DNA of 64,000 bases, taken from NCBI GenBank assembly GCA_904063045.1, contig CAJFCJ010000008.1:1364001-1428000 (forward strand). The letters run 5' to 3'. A program made the translations under genes and the position numbers. Position 1 is the stretch's first letter. Every line of letters starts with the position of its first letter. The notes under the pieces are model-generated. The model was given only the letters and a program-made list of their open reading frames with translations, was not told the DNA's origin and did no database searches. This document shows, piece by piece, positions 38,860-53,330 of the stretch. This DNA comes from Dimorphilus gyrociliatus. Its lineage: Eukaryota; Animalia; Annelida.

Positions 38860-39535
38860 TTCATTAAACACTTTACTGCTTTTCCTTGATTAGCAATATA
38901 ATCAAGTCTCGTTAGTATTGATTTGATCATCACTAAACCTATTATTGCAAGTTCAGTCTAAGCTTTCAGGGGTATCAATCATAGCTTTACTTAAATTATC
39001 CATTTACTATACGAGTCTAGTACAGACTCCTCAGATAATTTCTAAAAAGTTTTTTCTGAAGAGTTTGCTGATCACCATAAAAAAATTGAGCATTTGTTTT
39101 TGTGCAAATCCTTCTATAGTTAAGGCTCTGGGAATTGATTCTTCCTGCTTCGATGGATGGCATAATCTGGAGTTACTCTTCCATTAAGAGGAATTCTACT
39201 CCAAATTATTAAACCACCTCTTTTTGAAAGCCTCAGTAAAAATATCTATTTTTCTAATCCTAGTTATGCCTAGCTAACAAGTCCCTCCCATCTAAGTTGA
39301 ATCTCTTTCTATCAATGAATAAATTCTTTGCAATAGTTATGTTACAGGAGAACCACAGAAGCTTTTCCCTACTTAATTGGTTCTCTTCATAGTCATAAAG
39401 ATGATTTAGAAAAAGTAAATCAATGGCATTGTCTGAATTAATCTTTAATGTTATCTTTTTAGCAGAATAGCCTGGTGAGTAGGAGTTTTCACCATCTTCT
39501 CCCATGTCAAATTTGTTCCATAAACTAATCTGCAC
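38860..39535 (-). mobile_element. Probable degenerate non-LTR retrotransposon (LINE) APE-endonuclease remnant
   Basis: Across several frames interrupted by stops, motifs resembling the APE domain occur in the expected order: ISLWN (xSWN), IDLLFLN (DIIxLxE), FIDRK...KRGGLIIWS (DR...RGGGVAI), FYGD (GDFN), TRLDYI (SRIDY). Each match is weak on its own. Confidence 0.35.
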
Positions 39536-42310
39536 TAATTAACTCACCTAAGATAGAGAATAAGATGATGTCTATAATCCGTTTTTCATCTTTTCATATT
39601 GTAAAATAAGTTTTTAAGTGGATCAAAAAATACGAGTACTCAAATAGTTTCTTCTTCCCTATTGTAAATTATAAGTGTATATCTAAAAATCATTTATCTT
39701 ACAACAGGAAAATGTTATTCACAAAATGTCATGAAATTTTCGTCTAAATTACGATATGCCAAATTATAATAAAATATTTTCTCATGACCAGATTAACTAG
39801 TAATTTTTTCTCAATTTTTACAAACGAAAAAGAAATACTTTAAAATAATTCACCGCTGCATTCAATTAGTAGTTTGTCATCCAATAAAATTACAAGTAAA
39901 ACTAGTATTTGATTGAAAAAAGCCCAAGGTATTTAACTTTGTACCATGTTTTAATTGCTGTTTTTCGTAAAATTTCCCAACCGCATGAAATGTGATTTTG
40001 CCTTCTCTTTCTTAATTTATAAGGATTTAATAATGAGATTAAATGCATCTAACTCATTTGACTGAGTATTACTTTCTTTCGAGGAACTTCCTTATTTTTT
40101 GGTGTATGAACCCAAATTGCAAGTTTTTTACTGGAAGACTTCGTACATTATGGATTTATTCTTTAACAATTTTTCTAAAAAATGATTATTTTAATTGTAT
40201 GTGTGCAAAATCTAAGTTTATTTGTTCGAGTAATCAATAAGAACTCCAGTAACTGTATCTAAGTACCTTGAAAGATGTAAGAAAAATATTACCGTCTTGA
40301 TGAATATATATACATATCGATTTCTATTGGTTTGAAAAAATATTTCTTATTATCTCTTCGTTTTTCGTTAAAAGCAACCAATTAAAAAACCTTTTATGTG
40401 AATTGTCTGCGTAACAGATTTTCATTATTTCATCTCTTTTCAGGTCAATTTTTGACTATGATAGAAACGCCGACAAAAGCGAGATCATAATTAATCCTAA
40501 AAAATCTACTTGTGGTTACATAACATGTAAAAGATCTGGTGAAAGACTGACGAACTGCGAGTACGTTAGATGTCGTCTAAGTCGCCAAAAACGCTGGAAG
40601 TATACAAACCGTATGTTACTGTGTATAAATGAACATTGTTCTGGAAACGATAGAGAGTACTTTGCTTGCGTTTATCGCAATTGCATAACATCTCAATAAA
40701 AAGAAACACAAAGAAAAAAAGAGAATCCTCTATTGAAAAAAAAAAACGAAAAAAGAGATAGAAAAAAACTTATGAATTTTTTCTGTTTTTCTGTTCTATT
40801 TTTAATGTTGTAGTATAAAAAAAAAAAGAAAGAAAAATTTGATCGTCGGTTTTGACTTTTACTTTTTTTCTTGTAAATATGCACGAAAAAAAACGTTATG
40901 CTGATGAATACCTGGAGAATGACATAATAAATGGCACGGCAACTATGTAATTGCTATGAGAAAATAATAATATATAACACTTTTTTATCACAAAAAGATA
41001 CAAATATTAAAAATTTACAATAATAAAAATAATAAGACAACTATTGCACATTCTTTTCGGAAAATTGACTAGTTTAATAATAATTACTTAACTAATTGCT
41101 ATTTCAGACGAATGTTATATAATATATGTAGTAAATATAGTGGACGATGAAATGGGAAAGTCATATATATATATATATTTATATACTGTATATATATATA
41201 CCACTTATATATAGCATATATACAGTATATAAATTTATATATATAAAATATATATAAATTTGTATTTATATATATAAATGTATATATATACATATACAGG
41301 ATATAAATTCCATATACCTTACTACAAGAAGAACTCTTTAATATTTATTATCCTCCAAGTAGCATTTGGGTTTAAAGTATAGGTAAAAAATAAAATAATA
41401 ATTGTCAATAAAAGCAAATCATTAATAACTAACAACATGAACTTTATCTAATTTCAAAGTATCATAATACTATGTAAAACTGTTCTTTTTAATAATCAGG
41501 TCCAATAGCTATGCTTTTTAAGTGTACTTTATGTTCAGATGAGTATACATAATTGAAGGAGAATCCAAATAGATATCTATATAAATATATGTATTAGTAT
41601 ATTCATATACAGTATATACAGTGTGGTGAGCAACATATAAAACATTTCTTGTATACAAATAAAAACATACTGTAAAATAAATACTCCTTAATAATCCTTT
41701 TGTTAAGCGTAGAGCTTGGGCTTGGATTTTTTATATCCTTTTCTCTTATTAATATTAATAAAACCTCTCAAATGGACTATTTATAAACATCTAAAGTCTA
41801 TTTTTAGTTTATTGAATTCATACTCCTTCATAATTAAATAATTTGGTGAATACATATGTATATACAACATTCTGCTTAAGCAATATTAATGTGGTTAATA
41901 GGGAAAAGTTGCTTTATAAGTCATAGTTTTGAAGTAAGATTGTGTCTTCTGACTTTTCGAGATTCTGTTATTCTAATTAAATTGTTTAATCAAATTGAAA
42001 ATGTAAATTTTATTCAGATTAAATTGAAGAGCTAATTAAGAAAAGTATGCGTTTTGAACGAAAAAATTTCTCAATATAAAGATATTTCAAGATTTCCTTT
42101 TACTAAAAGTTGTCAGAATGAGTCAATTCCATACTTGAAAATAGGAAAAAAAGAATACAATGATAAAGATTTTACCTAAATAGTTCAATGATCTGGACCG
42201 CCATTAAGTTGAAAAGTTCACTATTTATCCATCCGTTGTTAATCCGCTTTGAAATAAATTCTAAAATAGTCACAAAATTTTCATAGTGGTATCTAATTAT
42301 TAAGTTTATA

Positions 42311-43348
42311 TCAGTAAGACATCTCCCTAGAAAGGGATCGTGATCTGATTAGGGTACCTGATCTACTCCTCTCATAACCCAATTGAGGTAATCGACCTTC
42401 TAAATCATTTGGGTAAGAATGTAAAGACTGCATTTGAGTACCGGTTGAATATTTACGGGCTTGATTCTGAGATCTTCTATCTAATAGAACTGGCTGAATA
42501 TCGGAAAATACTCTGTTAAAATTGTTTTCTCTATTTGACAATTCCATTTTATATCTAGCAACTTCATTTCTTAATTTATCTATCTCATCATCCTCATTAC
42601 CGTTAAAATAAGAATTTCTTCGATCATTCGTTTGTTGACTTTGTTTCTTTAGAAGCAGTTGCTTTTTTACTCTTTTAAGATCGTTTTCCAGTTGTTTGAC
42701 TTTGGCTAACAATTGCTGTTTAGATTTTTCGTTATCGACTAAGCAATTTCTATATTTTTCGTTTTCTCTTCTTAATTGATCGATCAGTCTTTGTAAATCT
42801 AATCGATCTCTCTCAGAACTTTGTTGTGAATCTCTTAATTCCTTTTCCAAAATTGAAATTCGACCTTTTAGCTTTTCATTCTTTGCCGTAATTTCTTCGC
42901 ATTTCCCCTGATTCTTTCTTAAGTCTTCTGTTTTCAATTCTTTCAACTTTTCAACATGACTTTCAGCTTTATTTAGTAATACTTTTATCTCATTACACTC
43001 GTTTCTTCTTTCAGAAGCTAATACTTCTAAATCATTAATCTTTTCTTCTAACTCTTTATTTCTAATATTTAAAAATTTAACAGCTTCTTCGTTTACTTCT
43101 TGTTTCTTCCTGTCTTGTTTTAATTCTTTTGCAAATTGTAACTCCTGATATTTGGTCTTGTAAACGCTTATTCTTTCATCAGATTCTCTGAGAACCCTAT
43201 TAATTTCTTCTTCGTAAGCTTCTTTTGTCGCCTCTAGTTCAACTTCCCTCTCATGGTTTCTCGTGAATAGCATATGAATCACTTGAGTTAGCTCTGCTAC
43301 TTTTTTACACATCCGGAATTCGAATGGTCTTTTATGTAGAGCAGCCAT
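42311..43348 (-). CDS. FAM184: FAM184-like coiled-coil protein, 345 aa, single coding exon
   Basis: N-terminus FEFRMCKKVAELTQVIHMLFTRNHEREVELEATKEAYEEEI resembles the FAM184A/B N-terminal motif (KMSKKIAQLTKVIY...AHEEEI), followed by a long heptad coiled coil. A splice acceptor (43353-43352) sits 3 nt before the ATG, with GTAAGT donors at 43394 and 43420. Confidence 0.75.
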   Translation of the reverse strand: MAALHKRPFEFRMCKKVAELTQVIHMLFTRNHEREVELEATKEAYEEEINRVLRESDERISVYKTKYQELQFAKELKQDRKKQEVNEEAVKFLNIRNKELEEKINDLEVLASERRNECNEIKVLLNKAESHVEKLKELKTEDLRKNQGKCEEITAKNEKLKGRISILEKELRDSQQSSERDRLDLQRLIDQLRRENEKYRNCLVDNEKSKQQLLAKVKQLENDLKRVKKQLLLKKQSQQTNDRRNSYFNGNEDDEIDKLRNEVARYKMELSNRENNFNRVFSDIQPVLLDRRSQNQARKYSTGTQMQSLHSYPNDLEGRLPQLGYERSRSGTLIRSRSLSREMSY

Positions 43349-46300
43349 ACTCTGTACATGAAAATTTTAAATAAAATATAATTTTGTCACTTACTTTTAA
43401 AAATTTCTTGGCTAACTTACATTAAACACAATATCGTGATATTGATTTAATCTCCTAGACATGGTTGAAAACATGTAAAATATTAATAAATTTTCGTCCG
43501 TAAAGATAAGTTGATAAGCTTTATACTGTTATATTATATTGATTCAATCAACTTTACTATACCGACCTGTTATTATTACAAAGGCCAAGATCCTCCTAGC
43601 AGTGAAAATTTTAGAAATTAAACCATAGATAAAGAGTACACAAGTTGACATGAAGTGTCTTTAGTTTAAATATAGAGTGAGACGAATGTAAGAAAATTGA
43701 GTCTACAATAAAGGATTAGCAGATTCATAGCAATCCTATATAACTGTGCTGTAAACCAAAAAGTTATTGATTCACTTTGAATTGGGCCTTTTCAAGGATA
43801 TAATCATTCTGTTCTGCTAGCTAATTTAATCGCTATGCTGATACTCTGCAAGTAGCAATTAGTTACTGTTAGTATTTAGAATACTACTTTATATAGTATG
43901 TTTTATAAGGATTAAAGCATAAATACTGTGTATCTCTTCATTTATTTAGTCATAATTTAATACGAAAAAGTAATTTTTTTAATACAAAGCGAGACTTTGT
44001 ATTTAAAACTGCAAAACGATGCGATAATGTTTAAATTGATATTAATAGGAGCTTAATGAACTTTAAAAATATCACTATAGACGTATATTCAAGAAAATTA
44101 TACTCAATATCATCATTGTTATCTTTCTGTTCCCCGAAAGAGTCACTTTTGCACACATATGTCCACTATAGGTTAGAAAAAAAGTAGTAGATAAAATAGC
44201 TGATTTATGCTATCAAACAGTTGATGTATTTAAACAAATCATTAATTTTAAAAGTATAATATAAATTGGAATACATTTTTTAGTTACTTATGAAATATTG
44301 AGTTTATTCATGTAAAAATATTTGCTAAAATTAAAAGCATTCAAGCAGAATAACTATTTCTTTGAATAATAATACAAATATTGAAAACAATTAGTCTTAA
44401 ATATAGTATATTTAACATGTAAACATATTATATGTGAAATTGTATACATTCAATTTAAATAACACTATATCAGCCCTTCGAATAAGAGATCTACATTTTT
44501 TGACCTATTTATACATAAGAGTTAAGCAATAGACTTCCAATTTACAATCAGTTATGATACAAAAACTGACTAAATATATCATTATCATTTTTGTATTCTC
44601 GAGTAATGAAATATAATGACTGGGATGTCTCTTTGCTACAATAATTAAAATAAATACATATGACCTACATATTCTATTATTTAAATCATATTCCAAATTA
44701 CACCCCAAATGTTTTTTACAATGCCTATAAATATTATGAGGTAATTTCAATTTTCACCTAACTGCTTTATAAAATGTTAAGAAAAAGTAATAAATAATAT
44801 TCAGATGGATTTTATTGATAGATAATAATATCATTACAAGATCATTAAACCAGCAAACAAGAAAATTTTGTAAATGATTTACACAAATAATAAAGTAGAA
44901 AGAAACAGAAATGAAATTTTTGCTGCAAGTATTTAAATTTACAAACTAAAATCATTGATTTGACGACGATGTCTATTACATTTTTAAATGCCGAAAAAAG
45001 ATATAATTCAAACCCTAAACAAATAACAGAAAGTTTTATTTCATATATACTCAACATATCTCGTTTATACATATACACGGTATATGCATTTGTTTACTTT
45101 TGTGAACTTTACTACTATGTTGGTCAAAAGCAACTAGCTTTGTCTCATAACATATAGCAACTAGGAAAAAACTGGTTGAAATTTATAAATCTGTTTTAAT
45201 AAATGTAAAAAAATTTATTTTACAGACTATTTACTATAAAAGAAAAAAAATCAATCACAAAGAATTCTAAGCTGAAAAACAAAGCTAATGGACTATATTT
45301 TAAAGAAAAAGTGAAGCATAATTAATAATCCAAATATTATAAATAGACTTGTATTTCATATAAAAATAATGTCTATTTAGTTGGTTTCTATATAAAGCAT
45401 TAAATATACCATATATAGTTTATAATATTTTGTATGTACAGTATGTATGTACCATACATACATGTGTAGTTCTGTAAAAAAAGAGGAATGGTTAACAAAA
45501 AAAGGACATAAAAAGTTTTTCAAGTAAATTATTTCATTGAACTTTTATTTAGATACTTTTTTATCCCATAAAAATAACACCATAAATAATATAAGTGAAT
45601 ATTTTACAAAAATTGATGAATTGTAATTAACTAAAATGGTAAAAATAACTCTTTCAATGTTAATTAACCTGTTTCGAAAATGTATGGACTTGATTCAACA
45701 TTAACTCTAACCTGAGGACACTCAAGCTTAATCTAAATAACTTGTAAAATGTTTAAAATTAACAGAAATAGGACGCAGAAACAAAAGAATAATAAGATTT
45801 TAGTCTTATAAATTAGTAGCTAAAGTGTAGATAAAAGAGTTCCAGGATAAGAGAATAATTAATTCCCAACTTTGAATTTTTCTTCCTATCTCTCTCTTTC
45901 TCGCTAAAAATAAGTAATTACGAATAATTGAATAATATAAAACAAAATATCTTTTTAGAAGCAATGTTTAATTCCAAACTCTAAATTTATCCATTTTACT
46001 TATTTTAATATAGGCATAGAAAAATCAATAAAAATACACATAGAAGTTTGGTAATGAATGTTCTTGTTTCTTTTTTTTGTTTTTACTGTGTTTTAAATAA
46101 AAATAAAATTCTCTAGTTTTAAGACTACTCTGAAGAATTTAGATATATTACTCATTTCATTGAAAAGTCAAGCAAATAAATAGTTAAATTTTCTAAATAC
46201 TTCATAAATTTGATTGTATTTCAAGGAGATAGTTTCTAGTGTCATTCTACACGAATGAGTGAATTTCACACCTGCTATAGCTTGCCTCACATAAAAATGT

Positions 46301-46478
46301 CCACCAGAAAACGCTAAGGAATTTTCCATATTCTCTTGGTAACCTAATTTTCTAAAAATAAATATGAATTACTTTAGAATATTTCTCTCTTACTTCTATA
46401 GTATGAATGAATAAAATATATTCAGGAGATTTGTCAATACTATTCACTTGCAAATAATTGATATCATTGATATCTTAA

Positions 46479-46491
46479 CGCCATCTCTGGG
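46479..46491 (-). promoter_or_regulatory. CTCF-like site CCCAGAGATGGCG
   Basis: AGATGGCG core in the divergent intergenic region between the FAM184-like and SLC9B genes. Confidence 0.4.
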
Positions 46492-48135
46492 CAATATCTG
46501 CAAATAATTTATATTAACATAGCTACCTAACAATTTAATCAACTTATATAAATATAATCACAAGCTTTATTTTCAAGAAAATAATATAATTAAAATTTTG
46601 AGCTGGAGACTTTATTTTTAAATGTCGAACTCTGTATAGGTGCTCCATCTGTCGCGTTTTGAAGGCGCAAAATGTCTGTATTCAAAAAACAATAGAATTA
46701 TAAAGAAGAGACAACAAGAAAGACGATGATCCAGAAAATTGTGAATATTTGTGATAATATTTCACAACAAAAAAATCATGAATATTTGATGTATGCGTGA
46801 AATTACTTAATCAGAAGACTGGGGAAAATCCCAAATTTTACCTTTGAAGTTAATACTCTGATTAATATAACTATCATCGGGTAATCGATTACATTAACGA
46901 ACTTATTCGTCTTTGTATGCAACATAAAGAGAAAACGTATTATAATTAAGAAGATTTACAATGTTGTGAAGACTCCTACCCACTGCTGAATTGTTTATTT
47001 CAGCAACAATAACTTTAATTGAAAATTTCCCTTATTAAACGTTGGTTTAGATTTTTTAAGGGAATATAATATGTTATAAGTAAAAAAGACTCAGATCTCT
47101 AAGTAATATTTTGTGTTGAAACTGATATGATGGTTTTTTTCTACATGAAATAAAATGGCTCAGGCATAGAAATAATAAATTATTAGCTATTTTGTTACAT
47201 TTTTTATAATCAATTATTCATTAGAAGATTCTGGAAGGTGATATTTTCGATTATCTTTTTTTATCTCCTTGTCTTTTTCTTCCTCTATTTATCAGTCTAT
47301 CTAATCTTAGCTATTTGCTTCATCATACTCTTTCCTTTAAGAAAAAATTGAAATATATAGGCCTCAAATAATTCGTAATGAAAACAACTTCATTTAACCT
47401 ATGATTACGAATATAATCGAATAATCCTATTAATAAGGATTTCACTATGACTTCTTGTTACAGGTTTTCTTACCTATAAGAATGCAGCTAGGTAATTTTC
47501 ACATATATCTAGAAGCAATAACGAAAAATAGCTTTAATAATTGTTAAGAATCATTGTATTAAATATTTCACTCATTTATCGTGATTAATTGGTAACATTT
47601 TCATGTTATAGTAATAATGAAAAAATATTAATAGAGACCAATCCCGTTTAACATATGAGTTATTAATACTATTTTTATAAGCTATGCTAATTAAGTAAAT
47701 GTTATTTTTTGGCATTTAAGAAAAATTTCAAAAGGAACAGTCAGAGAAAGGAACAATGATCGAAGAAGAATAGCTAGGAAAAAGAACGAAAAACGCAAGA
47801 ATGCTAAACGGCAAAGACTTAGAAATATTTTTTGAAATTGAAATTGAAATTTATTTTTACCAAATATAGAAATAACTAATTCTTATTTATTAAATATTTA
47901 AGTTCTGATAGTAAATTAGTATTAATAGTAGGTGGAATTGAATAATAATAATCTCTGTATAGACTTAATTTTAGAATTACTGTAAAACGAGAAAGATTAT
48001 TGCTATACAAAAACGCTCTAAAACGCTAGTAATAATTTTTGCCGCACGAAACGCTAGAGCAGCAAAAATCTGCAGTCTGCGCTCGACTCTTGTTCAGATT
48101 GCAAAATGCATTGCACTCTTTAACCAACTAGAAAT

Positions 48136-51100
48136 ATGGAATCCTCTCTAATCCTCAATCACGACGATTCATCCTCTGAACTTCCGGAAGAATCCTTAGA
48201 TTTGGAATACGATGACTTTCCTTTGGATTTAGTAGGCCTACCGACCTTCGATTACAATTCAGATTCTTTCCATATAGACGAAGAAGACGACGTCTGGCAA
48301 CCAAACAAAGTTCAAACTCCACTTAGAAGCTCCACTTCAGGATATCAATCGAATAGGAATTCATACTTAAGTTCAGTTTCAAAAAATTCACAAAGGAATT
48401 CTGTAGTGTCGACAAGTATCCGAGAAGCTTATGCTTTAGACAACGATATTGTTTTTTACAACAATGACATTCTTCGAACAGTACAAGACTCTATAGGCCT
48501 GGATACTGATTCACGAACATTATTAGCTCCAAAAGTGGACAATAAGGATGATTACGAAATAACAGTGATAACAGAAAACCGAAATAGAAAAGGACATTTT
48601 CGATGTTTTACGAGAATCGCTAAATTTTTTTTAAAAAAATACCATCCGCTGCAAAAAGACTGTAGCAGATTTGAAAAAGTTAAATACCAGCTCAGATTGC
48701 CGCCAACTGGAAAATTATCTCATTTTCTCTACATAATTCTTTCTCTTACAATTCAGTGGGCTTTGACTTATATTATATCACCTAGAGAGGCGGCGCCCGG
48801 AGGAAATATCTTTGCAATTTTAGTTCTAATTACTTCCTCATGGGTTTTCTCAAAAGTGTTCAGGCTGTTGACTTTACCAGGATTTCTCGGTATGTTTAAA
48901 AAAAGTTTTTTATTGATAGTATTTTAAATCTAAGACATAAAAAATACGTACTCAATTTAAAAGATAAGCTAGATCATTGAAGGTAACAATATAATTAATT
49001 TTATTGTACTATCAAATTCAGCAATTAGTAGAATTCATTTGTTTTGTATTCAATCTCATTCACTGAGCACTAAATCTAATGAAACTAGGCTGAAGAATTT
49101 GATATCAAATATATACAGTATACAGATGTGTTGTGCTAACAAATATTTTCACTGTTTAAAATGTATATATACCGTCAAAAACATATTCTCTTTTAATAGA
49201 GACAGTTCATTTATGATTGCATACATAGTATTGTTATCTTCATATAATTATAAGTATTATTAATTATTGATTTTTAACCCTAACATATTAAAGTATTCTA
49301 TCAATGATTTATTTGTTTAAATATAATTCGTACTTAATTCTCCGTTTTTGCAACATTAAATTAAAATATTAACTGTAAATTTTTTAAAATGCAAATATTA
49401 AATGGTGAATAAAACAAATGAAAAATAAAGGTAATAAGAAATCAAGAAGAATATTTCATAAAAAGCAATAAATAATTTTAATAATTGAGATAGAAATCGT
49501 TTTAGGAAATTTTATTTGCTGCAAAAAGGTACATATGGTTGTTTATAATAAAACATTAGATATTCTTAAATATATACAGTGTATAAATATTTCAAAGAAA
49601 AGTAAAATTTTTAAATACAATTCTTATCTACTATTTCTTGTAAATTGTATGATATATTGATAAACTAAGTCTATTTTTCTACATGATACATATTTGATCT
49701 GAATCAAACAAAACGGCGCTCGAACATATCTATCTGTATATTGTTTTCTTCGAGCGTTAATCGATAAAGTAGAGCTTTCAGTAAATTCAATAAAGCAAAT
49801 TAATAGGAGGACACATAAATAATTAACCCGGTCTACATATATCACCCACAGCAATCTAATACTTGCTGTAAAAATTTACATATAAATTATAGGCTAATAA
49901 AAGCTGTTACAATCTTTTCCCTTTTTGGCAAAATTTTCCAATATATATATTAAAATAGTTTCCTTAAAAAAAATAAAATTAAAAAAACAATTTTTAGTCA
50001 ATAATTTTTTTAAACTTATTCACATTTCTCTTTTCACTTGCACGATAGTTACTTTATAATTCGAGAATTTCAATATACACGAAAAAAGACATAAATTGCC
50101 CTACATGAATGACTTAAAAGAGCACGAAGACAATTGCTAAATAGCTTGAAATAAATAATAAAATAAACAAACCATATTTGAAAAACCAACTATTTATAAT
50201 AACATACGCTGATGGATTAATGTTTAATATGATCATATCTGATATATATATATATATACTGTATATATATCGTATATATGTAAATACTATATAAATTATA
50301 GTCTCAGTACAGCTTTCAATTATATGCTTATTTCTTTCTCTCTCCAGGTATGCTAACGGCTGGTATATTAATTGGTAATATTCCATTATTAAAAAATACG
50401 GTTTATGATGGCTTAAACAGAACCGTTATTTCTATAATAAGGTTAGTGACGACAGCTAAACATTTTACAGCGAATATTCTAAAAATGAATGTGATATCTG
50501 CCTGACAATATGTAATTTTTATCATTATGGTATTTGTCAAATAGTAAACCTATCTTGCTTCGGCTAAAAATGAACTCCACCCGTTAAAAAAAAGGAAAAA
50601 AAGAGACGTATTGACTGAAAGACTTGCTATGAATAATAAAGAGATTGTTAATTTCCCATATTGTGAAACTCGAGAATATACAAACAATATTATGTGGTTA
50701 CTTTATTAATTAATTTGCTTAATGGTAGAAAAGTGGAGAAAGAAGAAAGAAAGAAAAGAGTAAAAAAATAAACAAGTAAATAAATTAATTATAGATGAAG
50801 TAACGCCCTTTCTTACTATTACCAATATAAAAGTGGCGCAAAAGAATTCCTCTCCAATCCTTTAATCACCCAAACAGTTGCCTTTTGAAATGAGCTTTTA
50901 TATCTTAACAAGTCGACCCTACAATGTAAAAAAGAAGAGCCAAAATTGCAAAAGTATAAAATACGAAGGATTTTTGTAAAAGTAAGAATATCATAAAGTT
51001 AAATTAAGAAATCGATCAATTTAGATACCACTGGGTGTTTACTGTGTAAGATTAGAAATACTGGAAAACTGCAATGGAGCCTGTCAATCATTAACTTATA

Positions 51101-53330
51101 AAATAGTCGTTTATACTTTAATTAGAAGTCTTGTCCGGAATGAAACTAGAATCTTTCAATTCTAAACAATGAAGCAAAAATACAAAAGAGCCAAGAGATA
51201 GGATATTGCACTAATTCTTGAATTTCAACAGTTTTATGCTAAAGCTCTCTTCTTATTGATAACTATGATTATAATTTCGTTATTCCTTTCATTAAGAGAT
51301 TGTAAAACAATAGGAAAAGAAAGAAATTTATAAGAACTTGGTCATATATCGATTATAAGAAATCCACAGAAGAAATAATATTATTCATATTATACGATTT
51401 CCTTTTTATTCTTAGCGGGATGTCTCTATTGTTATAGGGGAAAAAGAGATAGAGAAGACTTTTGTAATCAAATATAAAAAAAAAATATTGTTTCAAGAGG
51501 AAGAAAAAATGGTCTGTAAATAAAACGAAGACGAATCAATGACGTTTACAAGTGAGAGAGTATCTTTAATTTCCTTGTTCTGATTGTAGTTCGTTTTATC
51601 TTCCTTTAACGTCTCGCATTTCGTTCGATTAGCGACGAGAAAAGGGATGCTTTATTGATCTCTTTCGTTATTTTCTTGTTAGACCGATTCCGCAGCCTAA
51701 AAGCGTCACGTTTTATTTGCAACAAGGAATTCTTTGACCAAATAAAAATTTAATCGATAGTAATCTTTCACTTAGAGAGAGAAAACAACACTTAATTAGC
51801 AAATTTGAATGATAACTGGGTTTTAAAGAAATAGAAAACTAGATAAATCGTAGTTTTGCTCCTCTGCTCCAGTTTAGGAAAAGAAACATAGTTATACTGT
51901 ATATACAGTATATTCAGTATATATATAAAAATGATATAAAATGGGCAATATTATATCTTCATATCATAGATTGGTTTACATTTAGAAAATTGCCTTCAGG
52001 AGAAAACTAACTCAATTTTGATAATGAGCTCAAATGACCGGATATTATTCGACTAGCTGGACCACTGATTGAATGTCAGCAAAGATTTCAAGATCTTAAA
52101 CTTAATGCTGCAGTAGAGACTATTTTTCAAAATCAGTAAATTCTCTCTTATGAATTAACAAAAAAGGAATATTACATGAAACAGAAGAAGAAAATTTCTC
52201 TTTTTTATATTTAAAATCTCATCCCTACTATTCCACATCCAATTTAAATGTGTTCGGAAATTTCCCAAAAACTTCCAACTTAGTTAAACAATTAACCGTA
52301 TGTAGTTGGGCGTCAGTCGATCACTTAACCGTTTCTATTCTGTTGACGTCAACTACACATAATAAACCAAAATGAGATTTATACGGATAATCCTTTATAC
52401 GAATATTGACCGTCTCCATAAATAAAAACAGAAAAAAAAATAGGGGAGAACGATAAGTGTTTCGTGAAACCCGGAAGGAAGGGAGAGAGGACTGTGAGAA
52501 TGGAGATGGAAGTTTTTTGAAAAGGACAATGAACAAGAGCTACTAGACGCTTTTAGGTGACGGGAAATACGGGTGGAAAATAGTCGATTATAGCCGAAGC
52601 TGATAATTTTTCAATGCTAATATCGAAAATCAATTGTAGGATTGTTTAACAGATTTTCCTCCAATTTTTTCTTTATTTCAGTCTTTAATTTTATTTTCAT
52701 CTCAAAGGCAAATGGCTTTGGCTTGTCTGCTGCTCAAAATGGGACAAACGTTTGATGTAGGAACGTTGAGAAAACTAACATATGCCGTTCTTCGTCTAGC
52801 AATTTTTCCGGCTTTTAGTGAAATTACGTTCGTTACTGTTACATCCAAATTTTTACTAAACTTTGGATGGTTAAGAGCCGTTTTATTAGGGTAAGAACAA
52901 GTATTATAAACTTGATTAAAGCCACCAAAGTAATAAATTAGCCAAAGAAAACAATTTATTGTTTTAATTAAGAATGTACGTTATCTAAAAAACATTAAAC
53001 AATAAAAAGATAAAAAAATTTTCCTTGAATGGAAGAGATTTTCCCGCTTTATTTTCACCTTTTCTAGATACGATTAAGTATTGAAAAAATATAGAATTCG
53101 TAAGAAATACCAGATTTTCCATTTCTCTGCGTCGACAGATCTTAAAGCAGGCTTTATGTCTATAGTGAAGTTGCACTCTTTTTATTTTTATTTGTCAGGA
53201 AAAAAAAGAATGCTTCGCTCCATCGAACGTATTAATATATATTTTCGTAAGAACGAGCACGTATTACACTGACGCCATTGTTGTCTCAGACAATATATAA
53301 TATATACAGTATATGTATATACAGTATATA

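Noticed and set aside
40693-41293. 60-65-aa ORFs rich in Y/I/F/K (also 645, 1799, 32268, 38431, 44505, 49039, 50114 and others)
   Set aside because: Translations of (TA)n and poly-A/T low-complexity DNA.
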